Assembly: GCA_047629055.1 (NCBI GenBank)
Contig: JBLHWG010000001.1
Location: forward strand, 1-48,758
DNA length: 48,758 nucleotides
Direction: 5' to 3'
Source of the DNA: Halioglobus sp.
Lineage (GTDB): Bacteria > Pseudomonadota > Gammaproteobacteria > Granulosicoccales > Granulosicoccaceae
The notes below the pieces were generated by a model that searched no databases, had not been told where the DNA came from, and saw nothing but the letters and a program-made list of their open reading frames with translations. Position numbers and translations under genes: made by a program. Below are positions 30,806-39,911 of the stretch, piece by piece. The stretch's first letter is position 1; each line of letters starts with the position of its first letter.

Positions 30806-31057
30806 AACTTATGAACGGCCTTTATTCCTGCAAAAAGTGTTGAGCACAACAACTATGTGCATGAAACATAACAAGAAGCTTACGTTAACTTCATAATATA
30901 ACTATTTATTATACATCGTATAGACTTTTGGGCCTCCTTCCTGTCCCATCTGCGTGCTAACGTCGTGGAGTATTAGTCAACAGAAGAACGTTGAAGTACC
31001 GTATTTATCGATTCTCGCAAAGCGCAAAATTCAGTTTCCTAGAGTCACAAAACAATT

Positions 31058-32773
31058 ATGTCCACTCGCAAGATTCGAGGCGGGGCCCTACTGGCCCGCG
31101 CATTAAAAGAAAAAGGTGTCGAACACACCTTCACGCTTGCTGGCGGCTTTTGTAACCCCGCATTGGAAGGTTTCATGGAAGCTCAAATGCGGGTCATCAA
31201 TTGCCCGCATGAGCAAGTTGCCGGACACTTGGCGGACGGGCACGCCCGAATTACACGCAAACCCACGGTATGTCTCGTTGGTCCAGAAGGGTTTGCAAAC
31301 GCTGTTCCTGCCATGCTCGAAGCTGGCGGCGAGCGTTCACCCGTCATTTTCGTCACTGGCTCCTCAACGCTGAAACGCCAAGGTGCAGGCGGATTCAAAG
31401 AAATTGATGACGTCGCTATTGCAGCGCCGCTGGTCAAGTACTCAGTACAAATCACCGATGGCGAACGCATCAGTGAGTTCGTCGATCGTGCCTGGATCGC
31501 AGCCACATCGGGTTACTGTGGGCCTGTTCATATCAGTCTGCCTGTCGACATCATGTTTTCGTCGTTCAATGAGGATGCCGGGCGGCACGAACGGCCTTAC
31601 TTTCGCGGGAATCTAGCACCCCCTCGTGCTTGGCCAGAGCCTGCAGCATTGCAAAGCATATTGACCTTGATCGAAAACGCCGAGAGACCCGTCATCATAG
31701 GAGGTCATGGAGTGTGGTGGACAGGCGCTGAAAAAAAACTAGCCGATGCCTGCTCTCACCTGCGTATTCCAATTTTCAATGTGCCCTACCATCAAAAATT
31801 ACTGGGTCCGGATTGCGATGCCTATATGGGTTTGGCAGATTTCCATCAGTATCACCCGTCCAAGCCTGCCATTCAAGAAGCCGATGTCGTCGTTATGATT
31901 GGTGGGCGATTGGATAACCAGATGAATTTTGGTAATCCACCGTTCTTCCCGAAGGAGCAAACACTCGTTTGTGTTAATGGAAGCCACGAAGAAATTGAAT
32001 TTAATCGTGCCGCTGACTCGTTGTTGTTGTCAGATGCAGGTGCGTTTTTGGAGGCGCTAGGTACGCTTAACAAGCGTTGGGAGAAGTGGCTCGACCTGCA
32101 AGCACAGCGACGTACTGTTTGGATCGATGAATGGACAAGCCATCTGGAAGCGGAAGCTTCCAAAGACGAGAAACTGCATCCGCTGCAATTGTCAGTCGAT
32201 GTGCAAGCTGGAATGAACAATGGTGATTGGCTGGTGTTCGATGGGGGCAATACACACTTCTGGTCGGAGATTGGCGTCAGTATCGCAGCATCCAAAGGTC
32301 TGGAACTGGAAGGTATCTTACATCCAGGTAGCTACAGCTTACTGGGGGTCGGAGTGTCACTGGCCATTTCGGCAAAAGCGACGCACCCTGAAAAAACGGT
32401 TGTACTCATTTCGGGTGACGGTGCTTTTCTCTCTGGCGGTTTATCTATTGAAACTGCGTTCCAGGAGAACTTACCCATCGTTGTTGTAATCGACAACAAT
32501 GGTGGACTTGATTGTATTTCCCAGCAGCAAGAGAGGCTGTTCAGCAACGGAAAGCATTTCGCCACGGACTTTCGTGACATCCCATTCCACACTATGATTG
32601 AAGGCATGGGTGGCTATGGTGAACTAGTGGAAACACGTGAAGAGCTCGCACCTGCATTGCAACGTGCTATTGCCAGCGGAAAAACAGCCTGCCTTAACGT
32701 TAAATGCAGAGGCGTCATCAGCCCTATCGTCGCAGCAACATCAGACAAGCGCGACAAAGCTTCAATCGAATAA
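31058..32773 (+). CDS. Thiamine diphosphate-dependent enzyme (acetolactate synthase/acyl-CoA lyase superfamily), substrate unknown
   Basis: Catalytic HEQ, GPVHISLPVD, and ThDP motif SGDGAF...DNNG. No ilvH/ilvN partner nearby. Confidence 0.88.
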   Translation: MSTRKIRGGALLARALKEKGVEHTFTLAGGFCNPALEGFMEAQMRVINCPHEQVAGHLADGHARITRKPTVCLVGPEGFANAVPAMLEAGGERSPVIFVTGSSTLKRQGAGGFKEIDDVAIAAPLVKYSVQITDGERISEFVDRAWIAATSGYCGPVHISLPVDIMFSSFNEDAGRHERPYFRGNLAPPRAWPEPAALQSILTLIENAERPVIIGGHGVWWTGAEKKLADACSHLRIPIFNVPYHQKLLGPDCDAYMGLADFHQYHPSKPAIQEADVVVMIGGRLDNQMNFGNPPFFPKEQTLVCVNGSHEEIEFNRAADSLLLSDAGAFLEALGTLNKRWEKWLDLQAQRRTVWIDEWTSHLEAEASKDEKLHPLQLSVDVQAGMNNGDWLVFDGGNTHFWSEIGVSIAASKGLELEGILHPGSYSLLGVGVSLAISAKATHPEKTVVLISGDGAFLSGGLSIETAFQENLPIVVVIDNNGGLDCISQQQERLFSNGKHFATDFRDIPFHTMIEGMGGYGELVETREELAPALQRAIASGKTACLNVKCRGVISPIVAATSDKRDKASIE

Positions 32774-32780
32774 GAAACAT

Positions 32781-32819
32781 AGGGGACGGAGGGGTTTAAT
32801 GTATATCCCTCCGTCCCCT
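32781..32819. repeat. REP-like palindrome, copy 1 (may also act as a terminator)
   Basis: Perfect 13-bp arms AGGGGACGGAGGG / CCCTCCGTCCCCT around a 13-nt AT-rich spacer, followed by TTATT. Confidence 0.7.
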
Positions 32820-32895
32820 TTATTCCTGTACTTGCATATTTCTTATCAAACTGGAAACATATAAGCACTCTTCGCCAGTTAGGAGTTCTTAAGCT

Positions 32896-33525
32896 ATGCG
32901 CATTCAATCTTTGATTCTATTACTCATGTTACTCATAGTGGGTAACGCAACTACACTGACCACAGCACAGGCAGCAACAGATACCCTAACCGCATCGGCA
33001 ACCATCGGTGATGATGGCTTACACAAACAAGACTGGTTTTCGCTAACATTCAAGGATGTTGCTGAAGATCTAGTTGACGCATCAGCAGAAGACAAACGGC
33101 TTGTAATTCTCTTTGAACAACCCGGCTGCATCTACTGTAAAAAAATGCACGAAACGGTACTCGCAGATCCGGAAGTCGTTGCGTATATCAAAGAACACTA
33201 CACGGTAGTGCAATACAATCTTTTCGGAGATGAAGAGGTTGTTGATCTGGATGGCGAAGTACTCACCGAAAAGACAGCAGCAGCGAAGTGGAACATTATG
33301 TTTACACCGACTTGGCTCTTCTTGCCAACGGAAGCTGCTGAAAGTACGAATGTTGCCAGCGCAGCGGTAGGCACTATGCCTGGAGCTTTTGGCAAAGGAA
33401 CGTTTCTAGACTTGTTTACCTGGGTTTTCGATAAAGGCTACCAAGGTGAAGAAGGTTTCCAGAGATACCATGCTCGTCAAATTAAAAAACGACGAGCTAT
33501 AAACAAAAGGGACGGCGGAAATTAG
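32896..33525 (+). CDS. soxW: SoxW-family periplasmic thioredoxin
   Basis: Signal peptide, IGDDGLHK, FEQPGCIYCKKMHE (CxxC), FTPT, PGAFGK, FQRYHAR; AGGAG RBS. Confidence 0.82.
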   Translation: MRIQSLILLLMLLIVGNATTLTTAQAATDTLTASATIGDDGLHKQDWFSLTFKDVAEDLVDASAEDKRLVILFEQPGCIYCKKMHETVLADPEVVAYIKEHYTVVQYNLFGDEEVVDLDGEVLTEKTAAAKWNIMFTPTWLFLPTEAAESTNVASAAVGTMPGAFGKGTFLDLFTWVFDKGYQGEEGFQRYHARQIKKRRAINKRDGGN

Positions 33526-33549
33526 ATTTAGCTCCTCCGTCCCCCTTTT
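33505..33549. repeat. REP-like palindrome, copy 2 (degenerate; overlaps the soxW stop; possible bidirectional terminator)
   Basis: AAAAGGGACGGCGGA, 13-nt spacer, TCCTCCGTCCCCCTTTT; same core as copy 1. Confidence 0.65.
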
Positions 33550-33559
33550 CAGTCCCCTT

Positions 33560-34129
33560 CTAGACTATTTCGAGGCCGAACTGGGTGGCTGACTCTACAA
33601 TGCCTTCCCACAGCGACAAAGCAAAACCGCGTGGGATAAAAAGCTCGTAGCCATCTTTGGATCGCCAGAGTGTCACACCCACATGATGAATCATCGTTGA
33701 CGCTACAGAGCCAACTGGGAACGATTGTTCGCGTAAATCTAGAGGCAGATGGCGATTCAGCAGCGTCGTGGCATCAGGCCCCGTTACTCTGACTTGAGTC
33801 CTTGAGTGTGAAATATCAAGAATAGCACCCCGCTCTGCATCGACATCCGGTGCTTCAACGCCATAAAGCCACCACTTTAAAGGCTCAATTCTTAGTGCTG
33901 CTGCGTCATCTCCTGCAGCAGCTTTACAAGGCCCTGGAGCTCGCTCACAGCCGACTGCGCTAGCGACCTGAGCGCCTACTGCATCAATGCTATTCGCCCA
34001 CGCGGCAACCTGATATAGCTTTAGGCCGTGCACGTCTTGCAGATTGACTCCAGCCGTTTCACCGTTAAGTAAAATGCCTGACTTACCCACGTGATAGTGA
34101 CCAGCCAATGCTGAATTTCGATTACCCAC
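33560..34129 (-). CDS. soxG: Sarcosine oxidase subunit gamma
   Basis: DISHSRTQVRVTGP, LPLDLREQSFPVG, RGFALSLW. GTG 34129 with GGAG RBS overlaps the end of soxA. Confidence 0.88.
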   Translation of the reverse strand: MGNRNSALAGHYHVGKSGILLNGETAGVNLQDVHGLKLYQVAAWANSIDAVGAQVASAVGCERAPGPCKAAAGDDAAALRIEPLKWWLYGVEAPDVDAERGAILDISHSRTQVRVTGPDATTLLNRHLPLDLREQSFPVGSVASTMIHHVGVTLWRSKDGYELFIPRGFALSLWEGIVESATQFGLEIV

Positions 34130-37115
34130 GCATTTTCTCCCCGGTTGGGTCATACATATGAGGCGATATGATTTCCACCTCAATATTGCCTTTGCGAACC
34201 GGATCGGCGGCAATTACAGTTTTACCTGCCCACGCCTCATGACCGCTAGAAATAAAACCCAGTCCAATCCAATGACCCAATGCTGGTGAATGCGTCACAG
34301 CCGTTATCCAGCCTTCACCCAAGCCTGATACCTTGTCTTCTGTGCACAAAATCGCACCGGCGTTAAAGGTTGCTTCAGGATCCTTAGATTTGATACCGAC
34401 AAGTTTTGGTCGATCTTCACGAACCATGTCAGCTCTATTGCGCAGCACACTACCTATATATGACTTATTAGTCGCAGCCATTTGGCCAAGCCCTGCATCA
34501 TCAATAGTGACACGCCCATCAAGCTCGGCTCCCGTGACATGCCCCTTCTCGATGCGCAAAGCACCCAATGCTTCCAAGCCATAAAGACAACCATCAACAG
34601 CTTCAGTAGCAGGCCACAGTAAGTCCATCAGAGCATTAGCATAGTCGGATGGCACATAGGCCTCGAACGCCATCTCTCCAGAGAAACTAATTCTTGCGAT
34701 ACGAACGGGTATACCACCCATAAGTGTCGTTTCGATAACACCCATAAACGGAAACGCCTCATTAAGCATAACCGCAGGATCTTCAACACACGCTTGCAAG
34801 ATGTCTCGTGACTTAGGACCTGCAACGGCACAACCTGCCCATTGTTCAGATACCGATGTGACATGCACTCTTAGGTGTTGCCAACGTAATTGCAATAACT
34901 CCTCGAGCCACACCATAACTGTGCCAGCATGGGCCGTAGTCGTTGTCATGAAATAGTCAGTATCGGAAAAACGCCAAGTCGTACCATCGTCCATAACCAT
35001 ACCGTCGTCACGGAGCATGATGCCGTAACGCGCTTTACCCATAGGCAATTTCGCAAAAGCATTTGAGTAGATGCTATTCAGAAATTCCGTTGCATCTGGG
35101 CCTTGAATAGCGATCTTGCCTAACGATGTCACGTCACACAAACCCGCAGTGCGCCGTACAGTTGCAGTTTCACGGATATAGGCTTCAGTAATACCTTCAC
35201 CTTCACGAGCAAAGTACCAAGGTCTGTCCCACAGCCCTGCCATAGTCATGGTGGCACCGTGTGCAAGGTTCCAATCGTGCATCGGTGTTCGACGCAAAGC
35301 ACGGAAATGCTCATCAACGTTGCGGCCTTTCAATGCACCAATTGACACTGGTGTGTAAGGAGGACGAAAAGTCGTTGTACCCACTTCAGGGATTTCCTTA
35401 CCTTGAATATCAGCCATCATGGCCAAACCAATAATGTTGCCAACTTTGCCACCATCAGTAGCCATACCCAAAGTGGTGTACCGCTTCAAATGCTCAACCG
35501 ATACAAAGCCTTCAAGATGCGCTAATCGAATATCGCCGGTGGTGACGTCATGCTGTGGATCAACAAATGACTTTAGTGATCGATTAGGTACTTTAACTTC
35601 ATACAAAGGATCAATTGGATTTTCCCAACCCCCTGCTACCGGCACACTCACAGCGTGAATAGAACCACCCAGCGCAATGACAGCCTTCGCAGCAGCAGCC
35701 TCTCCAGAAGCAAGACAGTCTTCGTTATTCCAGATCGCACTTGCCGAACCTGCCATGTGAATCGAATCACTGACGAAATCAGGTGCAACAAAACACGCTT
35801 GTTCAGCATTCCATACAGGTCTGATACCACGATGCGACATGAGATGAACAACGGGTGACCAGCCACCAGAAACCAAAATCGAATCGCAAGGTTCCGAACC
35901 GTGCGCTTTCCAACCTGAGTTACCACCAACCGCAAGTTCAAGTCCGTTAACACCACTAGAACCACGCGCATTGAGTGGCGCTGATTTAGTACGCAACGTG
36001 ACGCCATTATTCCCAGCTTCATTCATCAAAGCTTCTGAGATGAGTGCTCTGGAATCATGCAAACTTACCGAGGCACCTGCATTGGCTAACTCAGTAGCAG
36101 TTGCATAGGCTGAATCATTATTAGTGGTAACAACGATTTTTTGCCCTGCAAGTACCGCAAAACGATTTAGGTAAGCCCGTCCGGCTGAGACATTCATGAT
36201 GCCCGGACGATCATTATTACCAAACGCTACTTGTCGTTCCATGGCGCCTGTTGCCACGATCGTTTGCTTTGCACGAACGGTCCAGAAACGGTGGCGAGGC
36301 ATATGTTTGTCAGCGTGCAATAGATGATCGGTAACACGTTCCAATAAACCTGCTGTACCTCCATCGTACAGACCAAACGCTGTGGTGCGAGTCATGATTC
36401 GAGCGCCTGCCTTTTCCAGCCGATCGATCATACTCAATCGCTGCTGCTCTACCAGCTCACTGGGTTGGTTTAACCAATCTCCACCTAACTGATAATCCTG
36501 CTCAACGAGTACAACGTCCAATCCGTTTGTAGCGGCTGTCAAAGCTGCAGATAATCCTGCAGGACCAGCGCCAACAACCAACACATCGCAATATCCGTGA
36601 GCGTGATCGTAAACGTCTGGGTCAGGTTCACGTGATGCCTTACCCATACCAGCGGCCTTACGAATGATGCTTTCGTATTTCATCCATAGGCCAGTACCTT
36701 TACCCCATTCCATAGGAGGAATGCCCATAAAAGTTTTGTAGTAAAAGCCAGCAGCGAGGAATCGCCCAAATAGACTGTTAATAGCGCCCACATCATGTCG
36801 AACACTAGGCCACGCATTCTGTCCTGTAGCCACTAAGCCTGCATACAATTCCTGCATGGTGGCCTTTACATTCGGATCGCGGCGATTGCCCTCGCCGATG
36901 GTAATCATTGCTCCAGACTCTTCAACACCTGCGGACATGATGCCGCGGGGTCGGTGATATTTAAAACTACGACCCAGTACAATTTCATTGTTTGCCATGA
37001 GAGCCGACGCCAAGGAGTCGCCTTCGTAGCCATTGAGGCGAGTACCGTCCCAGCTGAACTCGATTGGCTTAGCGCGGTTTATTCGCCCACCTTGCGTTAG
37101 TCGTGTCGCACTCAT
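34122..37115 (-). CDS. soxA: Sarcosine oxidase subunit alpha
   Basis: GDSLASALMAN, GRSFKYHRPRG, AGFYYKTFM, FGNNDRPG, SVEHLKRYTTLGMATD, TTFRPPYTP, ISFSGEMAFE, LRIEKGH. ATG 37115 overlaps the soxD stop. Confidence 0.94.
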   Translation of the reverse strand: MSATRLTQGGRINRAKPIEFSWDGTRLNGYEGDSLASALMANNEIVLGRSFKYHRPRGIMSAGVEESGAMITIGEGNRRDPNVKATMQELYAGLVATGQNAWPSVRHDVGAINSLFGRFLAAGFYYKTFMGIPPMEWGKGTGLWMKYESIIRKAAGMGKASREPDPDVYDHAHGYCDVLVVGAGPAGLSAALTAATNGLDVVLVEQDYQLGGDWLNQPSELVEQQRLSMIDRLEKAGARIMTRTTAFGLYDGGTAGLLERVTDHLLHADKHMPRHRFWTVRAKQTIVATGAMERQVAFGNNDRPGIMNVSAGRAYLNRFAVLAGQKIVVTTNNDSAYATATELANAGASVSLHDSRALISEALMNEAGNNGVTLRTKSAPLNARGSSGVNGLELAVGGNSGWKAHGSEPCDSILVSGGWSPVVHLMSHRGIRPVWNAEQACFVAPDFVSDSIHMAGSASAIWNNEDCLASGEAAAAKAVIALGGSIHAVSVPVAGGWENPIDPLYEVKVPNRSLKSFVDPQHDVTTGDIRLAHLEGFVSVEHLKRYTTLGMATDGGKVGNIIGLAMMADIQGKEIPEVGTTTFRPPYTPVSIGALKGRNVDEHFRALRRTPMHDWNLAHGATMTMAGLWDRPWYFAREGEGITEAYIRETATVRRTAGLCDVTSLGKIAIQGPDATEFLNSIYSNAFAKLPMGKARYGIMLRDDGMVMDDGTTWRFSDTDYFMTTTTAHAGTVMVWLEELLQLRWQHLRVHVTSVSEQWAGCAVAGPKSRDILQACVEDPAVMLNEAFPFMGVIETTLMGGIPVRIARISFSGEMAFEAYVPSDYANALMDLLWPATEAVDGCLYGLEALGALRIEKGHVTGAELDGRVTIDDAGLGQMAATNKSYIGSVLRNRADMVREDRPKLVGIKSKDPEATFNAGAILCTEDKVSGLGEGWITAVTHSPALGHWIGLGFISSGHEAWAGKTVIAADPVRKGNIEVEIISPHMYDPTGEKMRG

Positions 37116-37411
37116 TGCTCGCCTCCGGTAGATGGAACCTGCAGGACTGCAGCATTGCCATCGTGAGCGGGCCTTACTGACTGGATGTCGTGTGTCATTG
37201 TGTCGCGCTCGACGACCAACCACATACGGCAGCCATTGACGTGATGCCAGGTCTCGGACTGCATCCCACGAATGTTTTCGCGCATGAACACGGCATCATG
37301 CCAGTCATCGACAGAGCCATCGAGTGCTGGGTACACAATGGTGGCATCGCCACCGTAAGTGAATTCTGAATGGTCGCGTTCACCACAAAAAGGGCAATTG
37401 ATTCTTATCAT
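37112..37411 (-). CDS. soxD: Sarcosine oxidase subunit delta
   Basis: INCPFCGER..EF, WHHVNGCRMW, RDTMTHDI (Zn-binding Cys3His pattern). Confidence 0.93.
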   Translation of the reverse strand: MIRINCPFCGERDHSEFTYGGDATIVYPALDGSVDDWHDAVFMRENIRGMQSETWHHVNGCRMWLVVERDTMTHDIQSVRPAHDGNAAVLQVPSTGGEQ

Positions 37412-37422
37412 GTCTGTTTCCC

Positions 37423-38688
37423 CTACCCGTGCAACTTGGGATCGGGTCCCGCACCACGTTCATCGATGTTAACGCCGCGTTTGAAACGACCCAAGTCAAA
37501 ATCCTTAATGATGGGGTCTGGGCGATCGTTGGCGATTAAATCTGCGAAGTACCAGCCTGACGCCGGACTTGCCTTAAAGCCGCCATAGTTCCAGCCGGCA
37601 TTCAAGTACAAATTGTCTATTGGAGACTTACAGATAAAGGCCGAGCCATCCATTGACATGTCCATCACACCGGACCAGTGTCTTAATAGTCTTACTCGCC
37701 CTAGGCACGGCATGATCGCTGTGGCGCATTCAGCCACATCTTGGACCACCGGTAAGTTGCCACGTTGCGCATAGGACTTATAGAAATCCAAGTCACCACC
37801 AAACACCATGCCGCCTTTATCCGACTGGGAAATATAAAAGTGCGCACCGCCCACACCGTAAACGACGACGTGGTCAAGTAAGGGCTTAAGAGGCTCTGTT
37901 ACAAAGGCTTGCAGTTTGTGGCTTTCTATCGGTAAATTACCCAGCCCAGCCATTTGCCATAAGCGCGACGTGTTGCCAGCAACAGCAAAGCCTACTTTCT
38001 TCGCACCGATACGTCCGCGGTTTGTCTCAAGTGCTGTGACCTTGCCATTTTCCCGGGTCACCGCCGTGACTTCACAATTCTGGATTATATCTATTCCGCG
38101 AGAATCTGCACCTCGTGCATAGCCCCATGCCACAGCATCATGTCGGGCATTTCCCGCTCTTTTCTGGACAGCAGCACCAATGATTGGAAATCGCGCATTG
38201 TCGTAATTTAGGTGTGGGATTTCTTTCTGAAGCTTAGGCAAATCCCAAAGCTCACCATCGGAACCCGTTAAACGCATCGTGTTATAACGCCTTGCTGCCG
38301 CATCTCTTGACGCTGGCGTGTGCAGTAACGAAACATGATTGCGCTGACTGAACATCACGTTGTAATTCAAGTCGTGGCTCAGTTCTTCCCACAATTGAAG
38401 GGAGTGTTCATAGAACTGTCGATTGCCCGGCATCATGTAGTTAGAACGCACAATGGTAGTATTGCGACCGGCATTGCCGCCGCCAAGCCAGCCTTTTTCA
38501 AGCACGGCGATATTCTTGACACCGTGATTTTTAGCCAGATAATAAGCCGTGGCCAGACCGTGCAAACCAGCGCCGACGATCACTACATCGTATTCTTTTT
38601 TCGGCTCTGGATCTCGCCATTGGCGATCCCAGTTTTTCTGGCCGCTAACACCGTTTTTGAATACGGCCCACGCGGAATATCGAGACAT
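37423..38688 (-). CDS. soxB: Sarcosine oxidase subunit beta
   Basis: HGLATAYYLAKNHG, GWLGGGNAGRNTTIVRSNY, ARHDAVAWGYARGA, LQAFVTEPLKP, GGFKA. Start ATG 38688 with GGAG RBS. Confidence 0.94.
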   Translation of the reverse strand: MSRYSAWAVFKNGVSGQKNWDRQWRDPEPKKEYDVVIVGAGLHGLATAYYLAKNHGVKNIAVLEKGWLGGGNAGRNTTIVRSNYMMPGNRQFYEHSLQLWEELSHDLNYNVMFSQRNHVSLLHTPASRDAAARRYNTMRLTGSDGELWDLPKLQKEIPHLNYDNARFPIIGAAVQKRAGNARHDAVAWGYARGADSRGIDIIQNCEVTAVTRENGKVTALETNRGRIGAKKVGFAVAGNTSRLWQMAGLGNLPIESHKLQAFVTEPLKPLLDHVVVYGVGGAHFYISQSDKGGMVFGGDLDFYKSYAQRGNLPVVQDVAECATAIMPCLGRVRLLRHWSGVMDMSMDGSAFICKSPIDNLYLNAGWNYGGFKASPASGWYFADLIANDRPDPIIKDFDLGRFKRGVNIDERGAGPDPKLHG

Positions 38689-39014
38689 ATTGTACTTCTC
38701 CAATATTCAATTTGTACGCAACACTTAGTACGTTCGAGAATACCGGAAAAATCACAAATACACTAAGTTACTACCAGTTTTCAACAGAACATGACCACTA
38801 CAGACAAATAGACTGTCTTTTGCCTCAGTTTGGCGGTAATCATAGGGGAAAATGTTGTGTCCTCTGTAGAACTCACAACAATAATTTTTGGGTAGTTGCG
38901 ACTTAATCTATCAATATCGATTGGAACTAGAAAAACCGGAACACTCTTAAAGCCACCTTTAACTGTACTAGGTACTTTTTGATACTCAAACCCACTTGAC
39001 TGGAGTCGTTAGTC

Positions 39015-39911
39015 ATGGATCAATCCCAACAAAGAGACAAACATCAATGGGGTATCAACAATGACTACGCCCCATGAAAGGATGTCCTGCTTGGCATACC
39101 TGAATATTATCAATTGGTTGAAGCAGGCCCTCTGATTGACAGGACACTTGCCAATGCCCATATGACCGGTGCTAAATTCGATCTTCAACTGGCCATGCCG
39201 CAACATACCGAGATGGTACGAATTTACGAATCCAATGGTGTCACCTGTCATTACCTGGATGCAGATCCTGTATTGCACCGTAATTTCTTTGCGCGGGATA
39301 GCTCTGCCATGACGCCGTGGGGTGCGTTGATCTGTCATATGCAGCTAAAGGTCCGACGTGCAGACTATGTCACCGCCATCCGCTTTTATCAGGAAAAAAA
39401 TATTCCAATCTGGAACTACGCGACTGCAGGGCATTTCGAAGGCGGTGATTTTGTCATTCTAGAACCTGGCAAAGTTTTGATTGGCTATTGTGGTGAGCGT
39501 TCAGAAAAAGCAGGATCAGAACAAGTTGCGACATTTGTCCGTAACGAAGGTTGGGAAGCTGTTACTGCTCCCATCAGTCGTGAGTTTGTACATATGGATG
39601 GCTTGGTAGTGCCATTAGCCGAGAAGTTGCTCTTGGCTTGTTTGGATGCACTAGAACCTTGGGTGGTTACGCAATTGCGCGACTGGGGGTTCGATTTTGT
39701 CGATGTACCTTAGGTTGAAGCTAAAAACCTGGGAGTAAATCTGGTTGCTTTGGGTCACGATAAAGTGCTGTCGATGAGCGGAGCAACCCAACGTAATCAA
39801 AAGATGCGAGCACTGGGCTTCGAAGTCTTTGATCCAGATATGTCGATATTCACTCTCGGAGGCGGCGGAGTGCATTGTCTGGCGCAAGCATTATGCCGAG
39901 ATAGTGTCTAA
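39015..39911 (+). pseudogene. Amidinotransferase/dimethylarginine dimethylaminohydrolase family gene with two in-frame stops
   Basis: Single frame from ATG 39015 (GGAG RBS): WGINNDYAP[TGA 39075]KDVLLG...FARDS...HFEGGD...HMDG...VDVP[TAG 39711]VEAKNLGVN...GGGGVHCLAQ, ending at TAA 39911. Confidence 0.85.

Noticed and set aside
31058-32773. Calling the ThDP enzyme ilvB/ilvI, xsc or oxc
   Set aside because: Motifs are atypical and no diagnostic partner (ilvH, pta, frc) is nearby; only the superfamily is supportable.
34130-37223. Long N-terminal extensions of soxG (to 34213) and soxA (to 37223), and similarly mtnK (to 14366) and the dehydrogenase (to 1657)
   Set aside because: Longest-ORF artefacts; downstream starts have RBSs or stop/start overlaps and coincide with where family homology begins.
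32896-38688. A single sox system comprising soxW and soxBDAG
   Set aside because: Name collision: SoxW is a sulfur-oxidation thioredoxin, while soxBDAG is sarcosine oxidase. The genes are convergent.
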